Shown: positions 26,139 to 42,104 of the stretch, one piece after another
Position numbering within the stretch: position 1 is the first letter of the stretch
Layout: every line of letters starts with the position of its first letter
Origin: Chrysomallon squamiferum
Taxonomy: Eukaryota; Animalia; Mollusca
Direction: 5' to 3'
Assembly: GCA_012295275.1 (NCBI GenBank)
Contig: CM022667.1
Location: forward strand, 4,464,001 to 4,528,000
Length of the DNA stretch: 64,000 bases
The notes under the pieces: model-generated
What the model saw: only the letters and a program-made list of their open reading frames with translations
The model's database searches: none
Told to the model about the DNA's origin: nothing
Position numbers and translations under genes: made by a program

Positions 26139-27359
26139 AACGATCACAATAAACTGAAATTATTATTTTATTATTATCGCAATATCAATTTAAATTGCTA
26201 AAAGAAAGAAAATATCTTTCAAATGTCATTCTGCTAACAAGAACAATCAATAAAGTTTCATTATCAAATCTAAGTTAAACACGCTTTTATAATTAGTTGT
26301 TGTGTTCAAACAAGGGTTACACAAATCATATGTCGAGGCAGTCATTCGCTGTAGGCTAAATAATTTCAAACAATAAAACAGCTACTTTAGAAAAGTATTT
26401 TCCGCATAGTATTTAAAAACACAAAAAAAAATAATAAAAATAAAAATAAAAAATATACTTAAAAATAGGAACGAAATAATAATAATAATGATAAATAACA
26501 AAAGAAGAAGAAAGTAAAATGGAAGAAAAACGATATAAAAAGAAAAAGTTGTTGTTCAATGCACAGCGTCAAACATTCAACGTGACAAAATAAATACTAT
26601 AGTCTAAAGATATTTTTTTTTCAGTTTTATTCAGGACTGACAACTCTAGTTCTGAAAGTTATTTCCCTGTAGCAATAGTAACAACAGCATAATACATAAC
26701 ATTATAAGAACATAAAAAAGTTTAATTATTACATAAAGCACTAAACCTGATTTTAATATAATTATTATGTCAATGATCTATGTAATTATTAAATTGCTTT
26801 TACTAATTTTATTTCATAAAACTGATTAACAGATAGCATTTCAAAATGTCGTAACACCGTTAACCAAAATCTTGTAGTTATAAGTCTATATGTACTGGAC
26901 AAAAATCAAAACCTACCTGAGGCTATTACATAACGATTACTATCACTGTATTTTGAATATTTGTGATTGTGAAAACGGTAGAAATTTAGATAATTAAATT
27001 ACGATTATATGTCAACGATTAGAATAATTACGATTACGATTGCTTGTAAAATAAATATGCGTGTATGTGAGTGTGTTTGTAAATGTGTGTGCATGTGTTT
27101 CTTTTAACACGTTGTTAGCAAATATATTAAATATAACAACAAATGGCGAATGTGCCAAAAAATAAAAAATTATGGCTGCTGCTACTATTGTAACAAATTA
27201 TGTTGATTCTGGTACTACAGCTAGTGCTACTATTCCGTCATTATTACTGTGAACAATATTAAATAATGAAATGATTATCAAATTTTGTATTTTTCAGTGT
27301 TGGTGTTTTGAAAAACTCGTATCCAAAAATATAAATGAAACAACTTTTTCCTTACATTT

Positions 27360-27398
<39 letters not shown>

Positions 27399-28236
27399 TC
27401 CAGTATATTGGGAATAAACATTTCCCTTAAAAAAAAAAAATAATAATAAAAAAAAAAAAAAGGAAAAAGAATAAGAGAAAGACAAAATATTTGATTTGTA
27501 CAAAGAATTTTTGAATTTTAAAACTTCAGAATTTCAAATAATTCGATAAAAGTTGAATGCACGATTACTTCAAAGGTTTAATCTAAAACGAAAATTAAAA
27601 ATAGCCTACAGAATGCCTGAACAACTAGTCGTCTGCTGAAGGTAGTATTATTCCGCGCGCATTTGTGATGAACTAGTTCTGCTTCCGGCTACTGGTATGT
27701 TTAAATCGAGACTCAGGGCAAGTCTTGCAAATGCTTCAATATCGACAATGGCCTGCAGAAATAACGTGATGAACGGAAATGAAGACGCCTAGGGCGACTC
27801 CAGGGGGAAATGAAGGAATGGAATTTGATGGAGTAGCAGACGACATAAACGTTATTAGCTCTGCACTTCTGGCTGTTCGTAGCCGAAAACAGTTGTCGAA
27901 AAATGCCACATATAATATAATTTCTTTCTACTCTATTTGTTTTCCTTAAAAAGAAAGGAGAAAGAAATAAAATTAAATAATAATACATACATTCATGTAA
28001 TAATAAACAGGGAAAAATCAAATTTTATAAAACAAAAGAAATAATAATAACAATGGATAGGCGATTAAAAAATATTTTGCAGGCATTTCATAAAAATGAA
28101 AACATTATTATTTTCATTTTGAGCTGTGGTGAATTCTAGATTCTTTAACTTCCTTAGGTCTGCGCACTGTTTTGAGCAATATTAGATCAATACTGATGTA
28201 TTTATTTAACTTTTACAATTTTTACAATTATTTAAG

Positions 28237-28310
<74 letters not shown>

Positions 28311-30906
28311 GCTAGTTAACAAGATCTCTACATAAGTTTTCATATCGTCTGAGTTTAAAGTGATACTCTCAACCAAGTTTAACTGATTCTATACTTTTTT
28401 CGAATATGAATTTTTTTTATGAATATTATGAAATTTTATCTCCAAATGAACAATTAATTTTAATGATGAATCACAAAGTACAACATTTAATAGCAAGCGT
28501 TTTATTTTCAATGTTTCAAGGAGGCAAGAATGTTCTTATTTAAGATCATGTTTTAATTAACTGTTTATTTATTTTTATATTTATTAATATTATTGTCTTC
28601 TTTCTAATTATTATTATTATTATTATCATTATTATTATTTTTTATTATTATTGTTGTTGTTGTTGTTATCAAATCTATATCTATTTAATGTTACAATCAC
28701 TGTTTTAAATACGAACGGAATTATTTATCAATTTACGTTCTATGTAAATCTTATGTACTAATTTGTGTTTTCTAAGTCATCTCATTATAATCACAATATC
28801 ATTTTACGTAAATAATAAGTTGTGTCATATTTTATTAGGACGTGACACATTATTAACAATTAATACAATTCAATTCATTCATCATAATTTATTTAACAGT
28901 ATCAAAGTCACTAAATCACATAATAAGGATAACCCTATCACAAAACACTGGAGACAACGTACGAAGCTGATTTTACGACATACGTCATCACTGTTCGTTC
29001 TCGAGCCAAACCTTGGATTCTTATATAATAAATATGTCATTTAAAATGTTCTTCTATCAGCTTGTTGTCTTGGACACACGTGGACAGCATTTCTAAGACA
29101 GCTGTAATACCGTGAATGTGCTAATACATAAGATAATGTAATGAAAGATAAAGAATATATAGGCAGAGGACGTGCTTGCTTTCGATCTAAGTACCGCCCG
29201 TTAAAGAGTGTGCAACCTTAACTTATAACTTCAGACCTTTTTTATTTAATTTTTTTTTTTTTATTATTTTTTTTTTTTTTTTTTTTTTTTTTAATGATTT
29301 ATTTATTCCGTTTATATTTATTTATTTATTTAGTTACTTAGTTAGTTTCATTTTGCTTTATTTAAATAAATATCAAATGGAACCCAAAGACCTTGACTTT
29401 CAAAAACAACATAAAGAAACAACTTTTATTTTAGTTCCACAATTTCCTCGTTACCAAATTATAGACGGGAATAAATAGCCAAGAGCTGTTTGACAAACAG
29501 AAGTACAAGCTTAAATGCAGCAATGACGTATTTGTAGATTTTTCAGTTTATTTTGGAAGAACGTCAATCATATGTATGGAGAGACGAAAATGATTGTCTT
29601 TTCTTATTTCACCAAAATATCCTAATATTGTCCAGTTTTAAAACAGAACTGTGGGGGAGTTTAAAACGTGATCATTTTATCTTCTGTTTTGTTTTCCCCC
29701 ATCTTTAGGTTGCCTCTTTTTTTTATACTTTGGTGGAGGCGTTTTCAGAGCTAATGTAATGTTTGACAGGCCAATCTTCGTCGATGTTGCCACTGGATTA
29801 TTTCACATTATGGCATTATTTCAGGATTAATTAAAATCTCAGGTTTGTGTGTGTTTGTGAGTGTAGAATATACGAATAACAGTAGCAGTGAATACAGCCT
29901 CTTTTTTACATACACTTTCTATTCAGTAGCCGTAACAGTAATAACAGCATCAGTAACATTAGTATTAATAATGATATGCTAACATTGGCAGCATCATTGA
30001 AATAGTTTAACTGTATTTCGCTGCGTTCTTCCAGCAATACAATCAAATTATTAAAACTGGTGAAATTCTTTGGAAGAAAATTCTCAATTGGTCCAATTTT
30101 TAGGGAGGCAACCGCTTCCCCCTGCAACCCAGCTTCCGTCGTCCATGGATAATGAATATAAAGTTATAAATAATTCGAAATAAAACTTTGTTAAAAAATG
30201 AAACAAAAGATAGTTAATCACTGTCGTAACTTTCATATAATTAGAACAGTCGTTTGCGCGTGCAGTGACGTAAACGAGATCAAAGCTGTACTGCCGTGAC
30301 CAAACGTTAAACTGTTGCAAATCAATCAATGGTTTTTAAAAAGTAAAATCTTTTCGTGCGTAGCTGATATTTCGCGTACAGAGTTTGCTCTTACCGAAGC
30401 TGCAGGACGAAAAACGTTCGCTAAACTCGCCAATAAGCTTCGGGAGATTGAGAAAGTTTTAAAATCCCTGCAAAAAGTCTTGTATAATTGAATTCCGTGT
30501 AGTTATTCAGACCGCAAAGCCTGCAGGGACCGTTCCTTGCTTTCAACTTTCTGTTTTCAAAATAACCGACATCTTGCTTTTTCCTTCGATCCAGATCTGC
30601 AAAACGCTTTCTTTCATCCCACGTGGCCTGCGGGCTGTTTCGAGAAAAAGAAAGAAAGATGTATTTGATTGCAGCTTGCGGGTCTCTTTTTCCATATTCT
30701 GAAATCTATACTTTGGGATGAATTATAATACGTATATTTTATTGTTATTAGTCGCAACGATTATTTGAAGCTGACATTCCTCGGAGATTCACGACTGTCA
30801 AATGTGCGAGGCTTTTTTGTTTCAATTTCTCTTTTTTATTTTTTTATTATTATTATTATTTTTTATTATTTTCTGCTTTTCCATCTTTTCTTTATTATTA
30901 TTATTA

Positions 30907-30970
<64 letters not shown>

Positions 30971-31531
30971 TTTATTATTGTTATTTTTAATGTAATAAAA
31001 ATTAAAAACGTAACGAAAGCAGTTTTCTTCCGCAGTATTATAATCTGAAGAAGTAATTTTCTTTGTACAACAAGAATTAGCAAAAAGAAAATATTGTTTA
31101 TTAGGAAACATTTACACAGTATAATGAGCAACATGTTGATTGTTAAAACTAAGATGTCGAAACTTTGTTTCCTTTTACTGACAGAAATCAGAGTAAATAC
31201 TAACAAATACAAATGATGGTCTGTGGTGACTTGCTTCCAAACGAACGAAAAATCTGTTTGGTTCGTGATATCCACGCACATTATAATACTTTTAGTTATT
31301 ATCAGCAATTTATAGTATTATCTTTTATTATCACTGCATTATAATATCCTCACCATAAAGAGAAATATGTAGAATGTTTCAGGTTAGTGCCTTCCGCTTT
31401 TTAGCTATTGTAATCTGTATGAGTTACCGTTCTTGCAACGATATTCGTTTTGTCTTTTAATATAAAAAGCATACCTGCTATCTTTTGCTACATGTGTGAT
31501 AGTTTTTATTTCTTTTTATTATTATTATTAT

Positions 31532-31565
<34 letters not shown>

Positions 31566-33334
31566 CCAAAGATACTTTCCATTGTGAACTGAATGGATTT
31601 TATTTTTTATTTATTTATTTATTTATTTATCTTTTATGTTTGTGTGTGTCTGTCTATCTGTTTGTCTGTAATAGTATCAAGTGAATCTACATATGTATTT
31701 GTGTATTATATGTATTTATGAGTAGGTAAATGATTTTTTATATAAATGATATTGCGGAATATTGAAAATTCATCTTGAAAATTTTATTTCATTATTAATT
31801 TTGTTTAGCAATATTATAGAAATTGTGTTATTGTCTTTTGTTTTATCGATACACTATTTTATTTTATTTTTTTTCTTAAAATGACCTTATACAGAATCTC
31901 GGTACCAATCGATTGTTTCGTTTGGTTAGAATTTCAGTAAAACTCTCCAGGCAGTGAAAAACAAATATATACATATACAAGCGACCAGAATGACAGTTAA
32001 TTTTGGTATAATGTAAGCGGACACCTTTTGAAAAGCCGGTGGCCAGAAAAACAATCCTTGTTTTGTTCAGATCTAGTTTTTTAGTTAATTCTCATTATGT
32101 ATAGTTTGTCTGACCACTGCTAACGAGTCCAGGTGTTCAACAGGTGCATTCGTTACCCCCCGGGCACAAAATGGAACGCAAATTTGATAACACGGTAAAT
32201 TCGTTTGAGTAGTCAAGCAAAATGCGCACGGACCAGTTCGTGCACTGTCAGGCGACAATGAGAGAAAAAGAAAAAAAATTAAAATCATTGTGTCAGAAGC
32301 AGAGGCAAAAAAAAAAAAAAAAAATGCCGTGACATTTTATACAAATGATTAATGAACGTTTTTGTTGTTAACAGTGTAGCCGATAAAGTAATTGTTTGAA
32401 ACGAAACGTAAAATATTGTCTTTGAAGCTGAATTATTTATAATTAGCGGTTTGCTGTAATAGTTATTGCGTTTATTATTCTACTATCAAATTATGTGATA
32501 ATGGTTAGGTAAAAGCGACTAGCTAAAAACAAAGTTAATAGTTATTTAAAAAAAAAACAAAAAAATATTCTCATTTATTTATATATGTGCTTGCATGTAT
32601 TTAAATTAAAAGCAACAAATCATACACAAAATAAAAATAAAAACAAAAACAAATAAATGATATAGAAAACTGCGTGAGAAATAAAGGAATATATGTTTAC
32701 ATATGAAAGGTTAATTTTGAGCCTCGCCTCTTCTAATTGCACTTTTTGAGCTTTTTACCGTTCCTGACAGAGTTCCACGGTTGACTTATTAAAGGGCGAG
32801 ATGTGTGCTGTCCTGTATTTGTCAAGCAAAATACATAAAATATCTAATGCGTAAAGAAAGTAGCCTTTTGAGTAATTGCAACGGGTTTCCTCTCCTTTAT
32901 CATTATTATAACAAAAACATGTGAATTAACAAACCAAATTAATCTATCAGTCGGTATTGATCATTCTTGTGTTCTGTAACATCATAAACAAATAATAACA
33001 ATAATAATAATAATAATAATAATATATGTAAAATAAATAAGTAAAAGAGACAATGGCTAAAAATTTAATTAATAATATGAGACTTAATTAATATTTATAT
33101 GGCTATGTGATATCTAATTAAACTTCTGTTTTGAAATACGTAGCTAGACTCGTATGATTTATGTTAGTAGACTTTTTCTTCTTTGTGGCCTTATCGCAAG
33201 AACCTGTTTAGTGTTACTTACGCATATTAAACATACGTTTATTAATTGATTATTTTATTTATTTTATCTATACACATTCAGTATCCATATACATATTTAT
33301 TTTATTATTTATTATTATTATTATTTTTTTCTTT

Positions 33335-33372
<38 letters not shown>

Positions 33373-34916
33373 TCTAAGGATACACCTAGTTTTAATTAAC
33401 ACAGATCTATATACTTTTTAACTTATCTACATGCCAAATCCAAATCATTGGCGAAAGACTCTTCTTAATATTAATTTTATTTTAAAATATTCAAAAGGAT
33501 GGCGTCTCCACACTTTATTTATTTATTTTCATTTTTGAGGTACAAATTTATTGTATTTTGACGATATGGAATTAAAACTGTGCAGTGAGAGAGACGAGGA
33601 GATTTGATCCTACAAACATGGACTTATTAAGTTTCAGGTCAACATTTACGAAAGAGTAATCATTTTTTTTTTTTTATTTTCCTCTTTCTTTCAGTTCTGG
33701 TTCCATCCTTCTAAACATTATTCTGCAATTAAATAACAAAAATAACATAAATTTAATTACAAACGATCTATATATATATATATATATATAGAAATAAATT
33801 TACACTAAACTTGTACAGGGTTCATTTGCCAAATATCTATATATAAATAAATTTGTACAGAGTCTAATTACAAAAGATCACAACGTCTACATGAGCTTAC
33901 AACTAAATTTGAACAGGTTTACACAAGATTACAACCTCTTTTGAAATTGCGGTAAAAAAATATAACATGAAAACGTCGTCGCTAAAGCTGAACATTAGTA
34001 ATTAATTTGTAATGGACCTACGTCACAGTTATTAAAGGATATTTCGTCGCGGTAAGAACTGCGACAATTTGTTGTTGGTACGACATCGCTGCAGGCGCGC
34101 ATTTAAGCCCCGACCCACAGTCTTTGGTGGGTACTGAAGCGAGGCTCTGGCAAACAGTGCTAGAGTTACCTGCCTTGGGCTAGACACTTGATTTATTCTC
34201 GACAAATGCGCCTGGCGTGTTCTTTGTTCCAAAGATTAGGTAATAATTGAAGGCGCCCGGGGAAATATCCAAAATTTTAACGTCTCTGGCAGACTTAATT
34301 CCAAAATGACTGCCTCTAATTTGTTCAAATTTGCGATATTTCCCCAGGCGAGCGCCGCCCATCTGGGATAATTGCTTGTATCTCTTGATCCACGAGTATA
34401 TGCATGTACATTACTCTTGGTTCTGCTGTGAGCAAAAACTATCCGCTCACGCTTGATTTTCATACGCACGGGTTGCAGATTTGTCTTCTCAATTCTCAAT
34501 ATTAACATGACTTTTACTATGCCGGAATAAAACAGATGCGTCGTACCAGCAATAATAATAATAATATATGTATGTTTGTTGGTACCTGGGTTTGGAAAGT
34601 TGAAGAGAAATACGTAACTATGATTCTATGCGTCGATGGTTTTGGTGTGAAGTTATTGCTTTTTAGACCGACCGCAGTTTTAATGCGACTCCAAAGTTAA
34701 TTAACTGATTGATTTTTTCTGCTTATTTATCAGACTTGAATAAACGACCGAAACGTCCAAGACTTGATGACGAAAGTAGTTTAATTATAATAATAATAAT
34801 AGTTATCTGTGTTACGTCCATATGTTACGTGCGCGTGTCCGTATTAAAATGTATGTAAATAATACTTTTGTTCTGCTACGAATTAAAAACATCATACATA
34901 ATTACTTTAGAGACTG

Positions 34917-34952
<36 letters not shown>

Positions 34953-35815
34953 GGCGAAGCATTACTCATGACTTTTCCTTTCAATTGATAATGATTAATT
35001 TAGGTTAACTTTTACAATTTATTATTCTTTTAGCAATTTACGGGGGGGGGTAATATAATGATACAGACATCATTTCCGTCGAAGTTATTAATTTATCATT
35101 TACCAAACTGGAATACATGCCGGAAATAATTATGCACAAAAGAGGCCAATTTCATTCCTAAGTTTATATATTATTATTATTGTTGTTTTTGTTATTATTA
35201 TTAATGTTTGCTTGTGTTCATCAAAGAGGATGTAAAATATTTGTTCTCGTACACAACGCAAAAAAAAAAAAAATCTTAAAAAAAATCTAAAATCTGATTT
35301 AAAAAAAAAAAAAAAAAAAAAATTATTTCTTCGTTAACGCCACTTCTGTGTACTTTTAACATAAGAACAAAAAGTCGGGTATTAATATTATTTCACCTGA
35401 ATTATTTTTACCTGTCATGTTTTTCACTAGAACTTTCTTTATTTTATCATAAACAGTGAAAATTATCTCTACATGATTAACTGTGCTTACAATACTACAT
35501 TTCATTAATTATTCTTGTAAATAACAATAAAATGTATATATATATTTATACATGTATATATACAGCCATCCATCCATCCATCCATACATACATACATATC
35601 CATACGTACATAATACAGGCATACATTAATACATACAAACATGCATATATCAAAACAGTAAAGGTAATTCGTCAAGGTAATAATCCATTCTTTCATGAAA
35701 TAATCAAGTCAATAAATCTCATGTGATACTTTTGTCGACATGAGTGTTTTTATTGATCCTCTGTAGATATTTAATCATTTATACATATATATATATATTA
35801 AAAAATATATATATT

Positions 35816-35853
<38 letters not shown>

Positions 35854-35879
35854 AATTCTTATTTTCTGGCCACTAAAGT

Positions 35880-36346
35880 TTCTCTGTTAAAGCGCGGCCG
35901 CCACGCTACTTACGTAACCGAACTCCGCATTTTAGCGCCTACCTATTACGCCATCCCATATATTTATCATCTTCCTCTTTATTTTATTTTATCTTTTTTT
36001 TTTTTTTTTTTTTTTACCCTTCACCGTGGCCACAGCTGCAACGTTACTCTCTCGATCGTCTCCATGACATCCATTATACTTGCTCAAAACGAGGATTTAG
36101 CCCCGAGGCATACCCGCAAGTGAAAAACCGCTCGGTTGCCATTCCCGGCTCATTTCAGTGGAGATACACAGCTAGCGCTGGCGGATTTCTCAAACATGCG
36201 TTTTGTCAGCTCACGTCTACCTTGTGTGATTACAAACTCCTCATAGGTCTGTCTCCTTCCCGGCCGAAACGTCTTTCAGCTGTAATTCCGTGGCTTGTTC
36301 GTTTGTTTGTTGTTGTTGGGGTTTTTTTTGGATCTAGAAGGTGAGT
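35880..36346 (+). promoter_or_regulatory. Probable promoter and non-coding first exon of KCTD1/15
   Basis: CpG-rich island (GCGCGGCCGC), bZIP palindrome TTACGTAA at 35910-35917, AP-2-like GCCCCGAGGC at 36100-36109, and a strong donor AAG|GTGAGT at 36340/36341. The next exon (39381) has an in-frame stop before its ATG, so the upstream exons must be UTR. Confidence 0.6.
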
Positions 36347-37479
36347 GGTTTAATAATTTACTAATATTCTTGGGTTAAAATTGTGAACTTAAATGAAGTG
36401 TGTTTGTAACTCGAACGTAAATACAAGCTAGTTCTGACTGTTAAGTTGTTTTAGAGAGATGTAAAATGAGTGTTTGTTAAGAGTTTATATCTGTTTTGTG
36501 TGTTGTTTTGAATTCAGTATTGGAAAGAGATTGGGGAGGGGATGTTCCTGGGAAATGACAATTGCTGATACTTTTCGATAACCTAAGGAAATATTCTAGC
36601 GAACACATTTGTTAATATTATTGTCTAAAATTCAGTATTTGTTTGTTATTATTATTATATTATTATTATTATTATTATTCATCTTTAAAAAATAATTTAA
36701 AAAAAAAAATACTGTAATGATTGTTTGAAAATATTTATAATATTTTACAAAGAGTCATGTAGTACATTTTACCTGTGTTTGACCTATGTGAACGCGTGTA
36801 AGAAAGTCTTGTTAAACAGAATCTGTTTTTAAAGTCGCGCAGACGTATTGCGGGTGCATTGTCAGTGGGCGCACGCGCACACGTTTGTGAATAATTTGTG
36901 TGTGTGTGTGTGTGTGTGTGTTGCTAAGTTACAGTAAATCAAAGGTTTATCAGTTAAAAAAAACTATTTACAATTAGTCTAATTCAAACAGCATTAATTA
37001 TGGACATGGCTTATATATTTAACTAACACGTTTGTTTGTCTTCGCTTTTAAGTTCTTTTTTTTTTTTCTTCTCTTTTTTTATAAATAATTCAGATAAGAT
37101 AACAAAGACTGCATTGTGCAGTGCACGTTATTGTAAAAATATTCGCTTTGTCATCATTAAAGGTTACACAGTTATATAAACTATTCTTTGTAGTTTACTT
37201 GGAAACAATGTATTCAAATATAAACACAGGTATGTGCTTCGTTTTAATATGTCATATATAAAGTGAAAAGCAACAGATTTAACAAGACTTCAAAAATATC
37301 AGTGATTATGAAAACGAGGATTAGTGTCTGACATATAATGTTTATTATTTAGCGTGAATGTTATCACTATCAGATTATGTCATAGGATACTGTCATATCA
37401 GATATTTTATAGTAATAATGTTCGTATGAACCAAAGTTGATACGTCATCTCGTAGACAACTATTTTTATAATTATAATT

Positions 37480-37925
37480 TATTTAATTTTACGACTGGGC
37501 TTATTACGATCCGGCGTTTCGTGATTATAATCTTTCTTTCTTTCTCGCCAGTGTACAACATAGTTTCTCTCTACATTTCCTGTTCCATTTCTTACTTTAT
37601 TTACGACTGGCGTATTCCTATTTGGCACCAGACTTATGGTTACGATTATTTGCACGTTACGATCTGACGTAATTCTATTTACGACATTGTCTATTCAAAT
37701 TTCGACCTGTCTTGTTCTCATTTACGATCTGACTTATTCACACTGGTGATTATGTTTGTTCCCGTGTTATGATTTGCCTCACAGCAATGTTAAATCAGGC
37801 TTATTCCTATTTGCTGTCTGAATTATTCCTATTTACAATCAGGCTTACGTATTTCCATACACTGCAGTCTATTTTATTTACGATTTGAATTATATTCCCA
37901 CTTAAGATCTGGCTTATTCCCATTT
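37480..37925 (+). repeat. Degenerate ~21-23-bp minisatellite (TTTACGATCTGGCTTATTCCTA-like) in KCTD intron 1
   Basis: Recurring TTACGA...CTTATTC units, heavily diverged. Confidence 0.65.
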
Positions 37926-38077
37926 ATATTATTCATTATATTTTAATTCATAACGTAATGCTATTATAATTTTTCCTATTGTCGTCTGTATGTATTTATC
38001 GCTATGTAAATAGATTTTATCGATACAGATTTGTGAGAAAAAATATAATAAATAGATAAAAAGATGAATATTTGAAC

Positions 38078-38125
<48 letters not shown>

Positions 38126-39119
38126 TTAAATTATTTTAGTCATGTATTTATTTATCATCACGTGCCTGTGAAATATATAATGTTTTCTACAACGACAGTG
38201 ATATTAAATTTAATATGATACCACCAAAACACTGACAGAATTATGACTAAGCATTTCCTGCTCTGGGGCACGAAAATGTTGTTCAGTTTTACACCCCCGA
38301 GGCTCCCCCCACTGGCCACAGTCGCGAAGATGTGATCACGTCCTGAAGGGAATTTTGTTATTGCCTTCTTGTTTCACGTTCTATTTTCTTCAACCAAAAA
38401 GTGCACAAATTTGTAGCAGATTTTTATCTTTGGCCGGGTCGTGACCTTGTCACCTTGCGTAGCTACTGACACCACAGAGTGAAAGATTTTAATATAAACG
38501 TTTTAATAATAACAGTAATGATGATGATGATGATGATTATAACAACAAAAGGATATAATAATGACGATGACGAAAACAACAAGGATTTATTAAGTTATTA
38601 TGATAATTCTGTAAATGGTAAAATGAAGTTGGTTCACAGTGACGAATAACTTTAGAAATTAAGAATATTTATTTTTATTATTATTTTACATACATACACA
38701 CATACATGTTTTTATATATGTATATGTATGTATGTATGAAAATAAAATATTCATGGAGCAGTGGTTGGAATGGGAAATATTTCTATTTGCGCCCTGATGA
38801 GAACTGATCCATCAAACTATCAGTCCTCAAAGAAAGATTCCCAGCTTAAACGAATTTCATAACAGAAGAGGGGAAATTTAAAAACAGTTCTTAAACGTAT
38901 TTGATATTTTGTAGTCCATTAACAGCAGCATGCCAACAACCTGTTATAGCGATTTTAAAACGTCATAAAACTTTTATTATTTTTATCTGGATTAAGGCCA
39001 ACGCATTGTCTCATTACGTAACCACGTTTATGTTATGTCAAGGTATATTAATATCCAAGTTAAAACCTCTTTTATTTATCCTGTAAATATACTCGTGAAG
39101 ACAGATAGGATAGGCAGAT

Positions 39120-39171
39120 AAAGAGATTGATAGATGCATTGATATAGACAGACAGATAGATAGATAGATAT

Positions 39172-39202
<31 letters not shown>

Positions 39203-39289
39203 TACTGAGTGAAAGTTTACATAGATAAATACATTAATGGATTGATAGATATATAGAAAGAAAAATGATTGATATATTTGATAAATAGA

Positions 39290-39329
<40 letters not shown>

Positions 39330-39330
39330 T
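39120..39330 (+). repeat. (GATA)n/(GACA)n tetranucleotide microsatellite
   Basis: Read directly, just upstream of the acceptor at 39380. Confidence 0.9.
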
Positions 39331-39422
39331 GGAGAGTCCGACACTAACATTACATTTGTATTATCTCCGATTTATTCCAGTTCATCTTATAACTTGCCAA
39401 GACGTGTGACGTCAGCAGCACT

Positions 39423-42070
39423 ATGTCGTCCCCTGTGACGTCACGACCTTCTTCTGCAGTGACTCCCAATGGACACTTCAACAAGATTTCCGGTGTCCCG
39501 TGCCCGGCCACACCTACACGTTACACTGCCCCAGTGCACATCGACGTGGGCGGCACGATATACACGTCATCGCTGGAAACTCTGACAAGGTAAAGTAAAA
39601 CATTTTTGATGATACAAATATATATATACATTTTTATGTTGTCATTGGTGTCATGGTTAAATACAGCCACGTATACGATTACGTCATCATTTCAATTGCG
39701 AAGGAATCCAATGGCGGTGTCTAAATTGTTTTTCAGAAGCACCATTTTAATTGTCATTGTTTTAGGCGACCTATCGTCGCTCATAACAAATTTCAACGTA
39801 TGAAAATTAAATTATTTAAAAAATAAAAAATAAAAAATAAAAAATCCAATATTTGAACGCCGCTATATTACTTCTAAGCATTAGCTCCCAAAAACTATAG
39901 ACGTAAAAATGAATTTGTTTCACCATTTATTTACACCAAAATAAGTGTTAGAGTATTCTTTTGTGTAATAATGCAGACGATTTTTATATGACATAGGTTA
40001 AAACATAAAACATACGGTTGCAGATATTTGTTGATGTTTATGAGACTATAGCTTACTAAAAATCATTCTTTCTGTCGTTCTTTAGTTTCTTTTCTTTTCT
40101 TCTCTCTCTCTCACAGACGCACACGCAACTTAGAGACATGCATGCATACGTACATACGCACTAATGCGGGCCTAAAACTGCCAGTATTAACTTAACGTTA
40201 ACCGTTATTTCCGCAATCTCTTGCCAGAAGACATTTGTCTTTTTTTAACTCTATTATATAAAGTTGACCATTTCATTCAAACCACATTAAGCAACAATCA
40301 CAATTAAGAAAAATAATCACGAAAAAAAATGTCTCAAGTAGGAAGCTGTGTAAAGGTCTTTTGCTATCAAACACTATTAATTGTGGTCTCGGGCGAATTT
40401 ACCGTCACAGAATAGTTTTCTTCTGCGTTGTAACTCCCACTACTGCGGAGCGCACGATCACTGATTCAACACGAGCTGCGGCAATAGAAACATTGAACGT
40501 TTATTAGTCCCATTGTAAACTATGATCCGCAATTTAACTGATAGCGCAGCAGATGTTATTAATAATTAGATGATGTTAATCCTTTTATAATAGCACGATA
40601 AATAGATAATTTTTTTAAACAGCAATCTAACAATTTATCAGATAATGATAAACCTTTCCAGCGATAACGTGAATGGATATTTAATTAAATAACATCTTGC
40701 AAGTATGATCTATAAGTATATTATTATAGAAATATGTCTAAATTATTTTAAGATTTTCAATCATCTGATAGTTGTTTTTTTTTTTTTTTTTTTTTTTTTT
40801 ACACTGCAGGAAATAAAATTTGTTTTGGCCTTGAGGGAAAAAAATATATCTGAATTCGAAGATAGACTTTATCGTAAAGATAAATTATTATTTTTAATTT
40901 TGCCTCTGTGAGAATATTTCTTTATTGTTTGCTTGTTTGTTTGTTTGTCAACAAGTTTCAGTCACAACCAGTGATTATGACTGATTATAATCGTTGTCTG
41001 TATTTTTGCACTCTTTGGGTAGGAGTAAATACAGGATGTGTTATTGCTAATCGGAAAAAAGCAGCCAGTAGAATCTGAAAGATTATTTTTAAACTGTATT
41101 ATGAAGAAGTTTAGATTGAAAGATGAGAGAGAAGATAATGAGGGGGCGAGAGATTAATGGGGATATAAATGAGAGAATTGACAGAAAGTTAATCTCAGAG
41201 AGTTAGAACAGATATGCAGTTCTATCAAAAGCAGACACAAACATGAAGGGAGAGAAGGCAGGGAGTTACATGGAAGGAACTTTTCAGATTATTGTTTTAC
41301 TTGGAAACGACACGTATGTTCTGTTACTTTCAATGAAGACGTCATTCACGTGAAGAATTAAAAATTCGAAAATATATTTATTAGAACTCAGTTTTGTTTT
41401 TCGAATACGAACTTCGCCGGATATCAATACTTGGCATATTTCAAATTCATTAAATGTTTATTTTTGGCTGACGTAAATGGACGCCATTGAGACGCGTTGG
41501 CCGTGAGCGACTTAGCATTAACAGACTATATTTTAGATTTGCAGACAGTAATTTTAAACCAGGCAGGCTTTACTATCTGAGATCGCTTGCGGGCAATCTT
41601 GGCGAATAATTACAATCTTCTCTGCCAGTACCCCTATCCGCTTTCCTCTCGCTTGACAGCAGCCAGCGATCCCAGAAGAAAGAGTAGGTTCCAAAATACG
41701 TAGCCGGCGGCCATTTTGGATCGGTCTCGGCGAGGCAAAGCGCGAGAATGTTGTTTTCACAAAGAAGAAGAAAACTGCGTCTTTAATCCCCGTGAATACA
41801 GCACGTCTTGTTATTTGCTGTTTTAGAAAAGCTCATTGACGATGGCACAACAAACATGAATATATTTTTTTTTCTTTCTTCCTTTTTTTTTTTTTTTTTT
41901 TTTGATCAACTGTGAGAAAATTAATAAATGGTTTCCTGGGACTGAATGGAGAAGGAGAGAAAATAAGCCGGAGGCTGTTATTATATACATATTCACTCGC
42001 ATGACATTTGCCAATATGCGCGGTGTTTTTAATTCTTAGCTGTTACAATCATAGCAGTCAGAACTTGATG

Positions 42071-42104
<34 letters not shown>

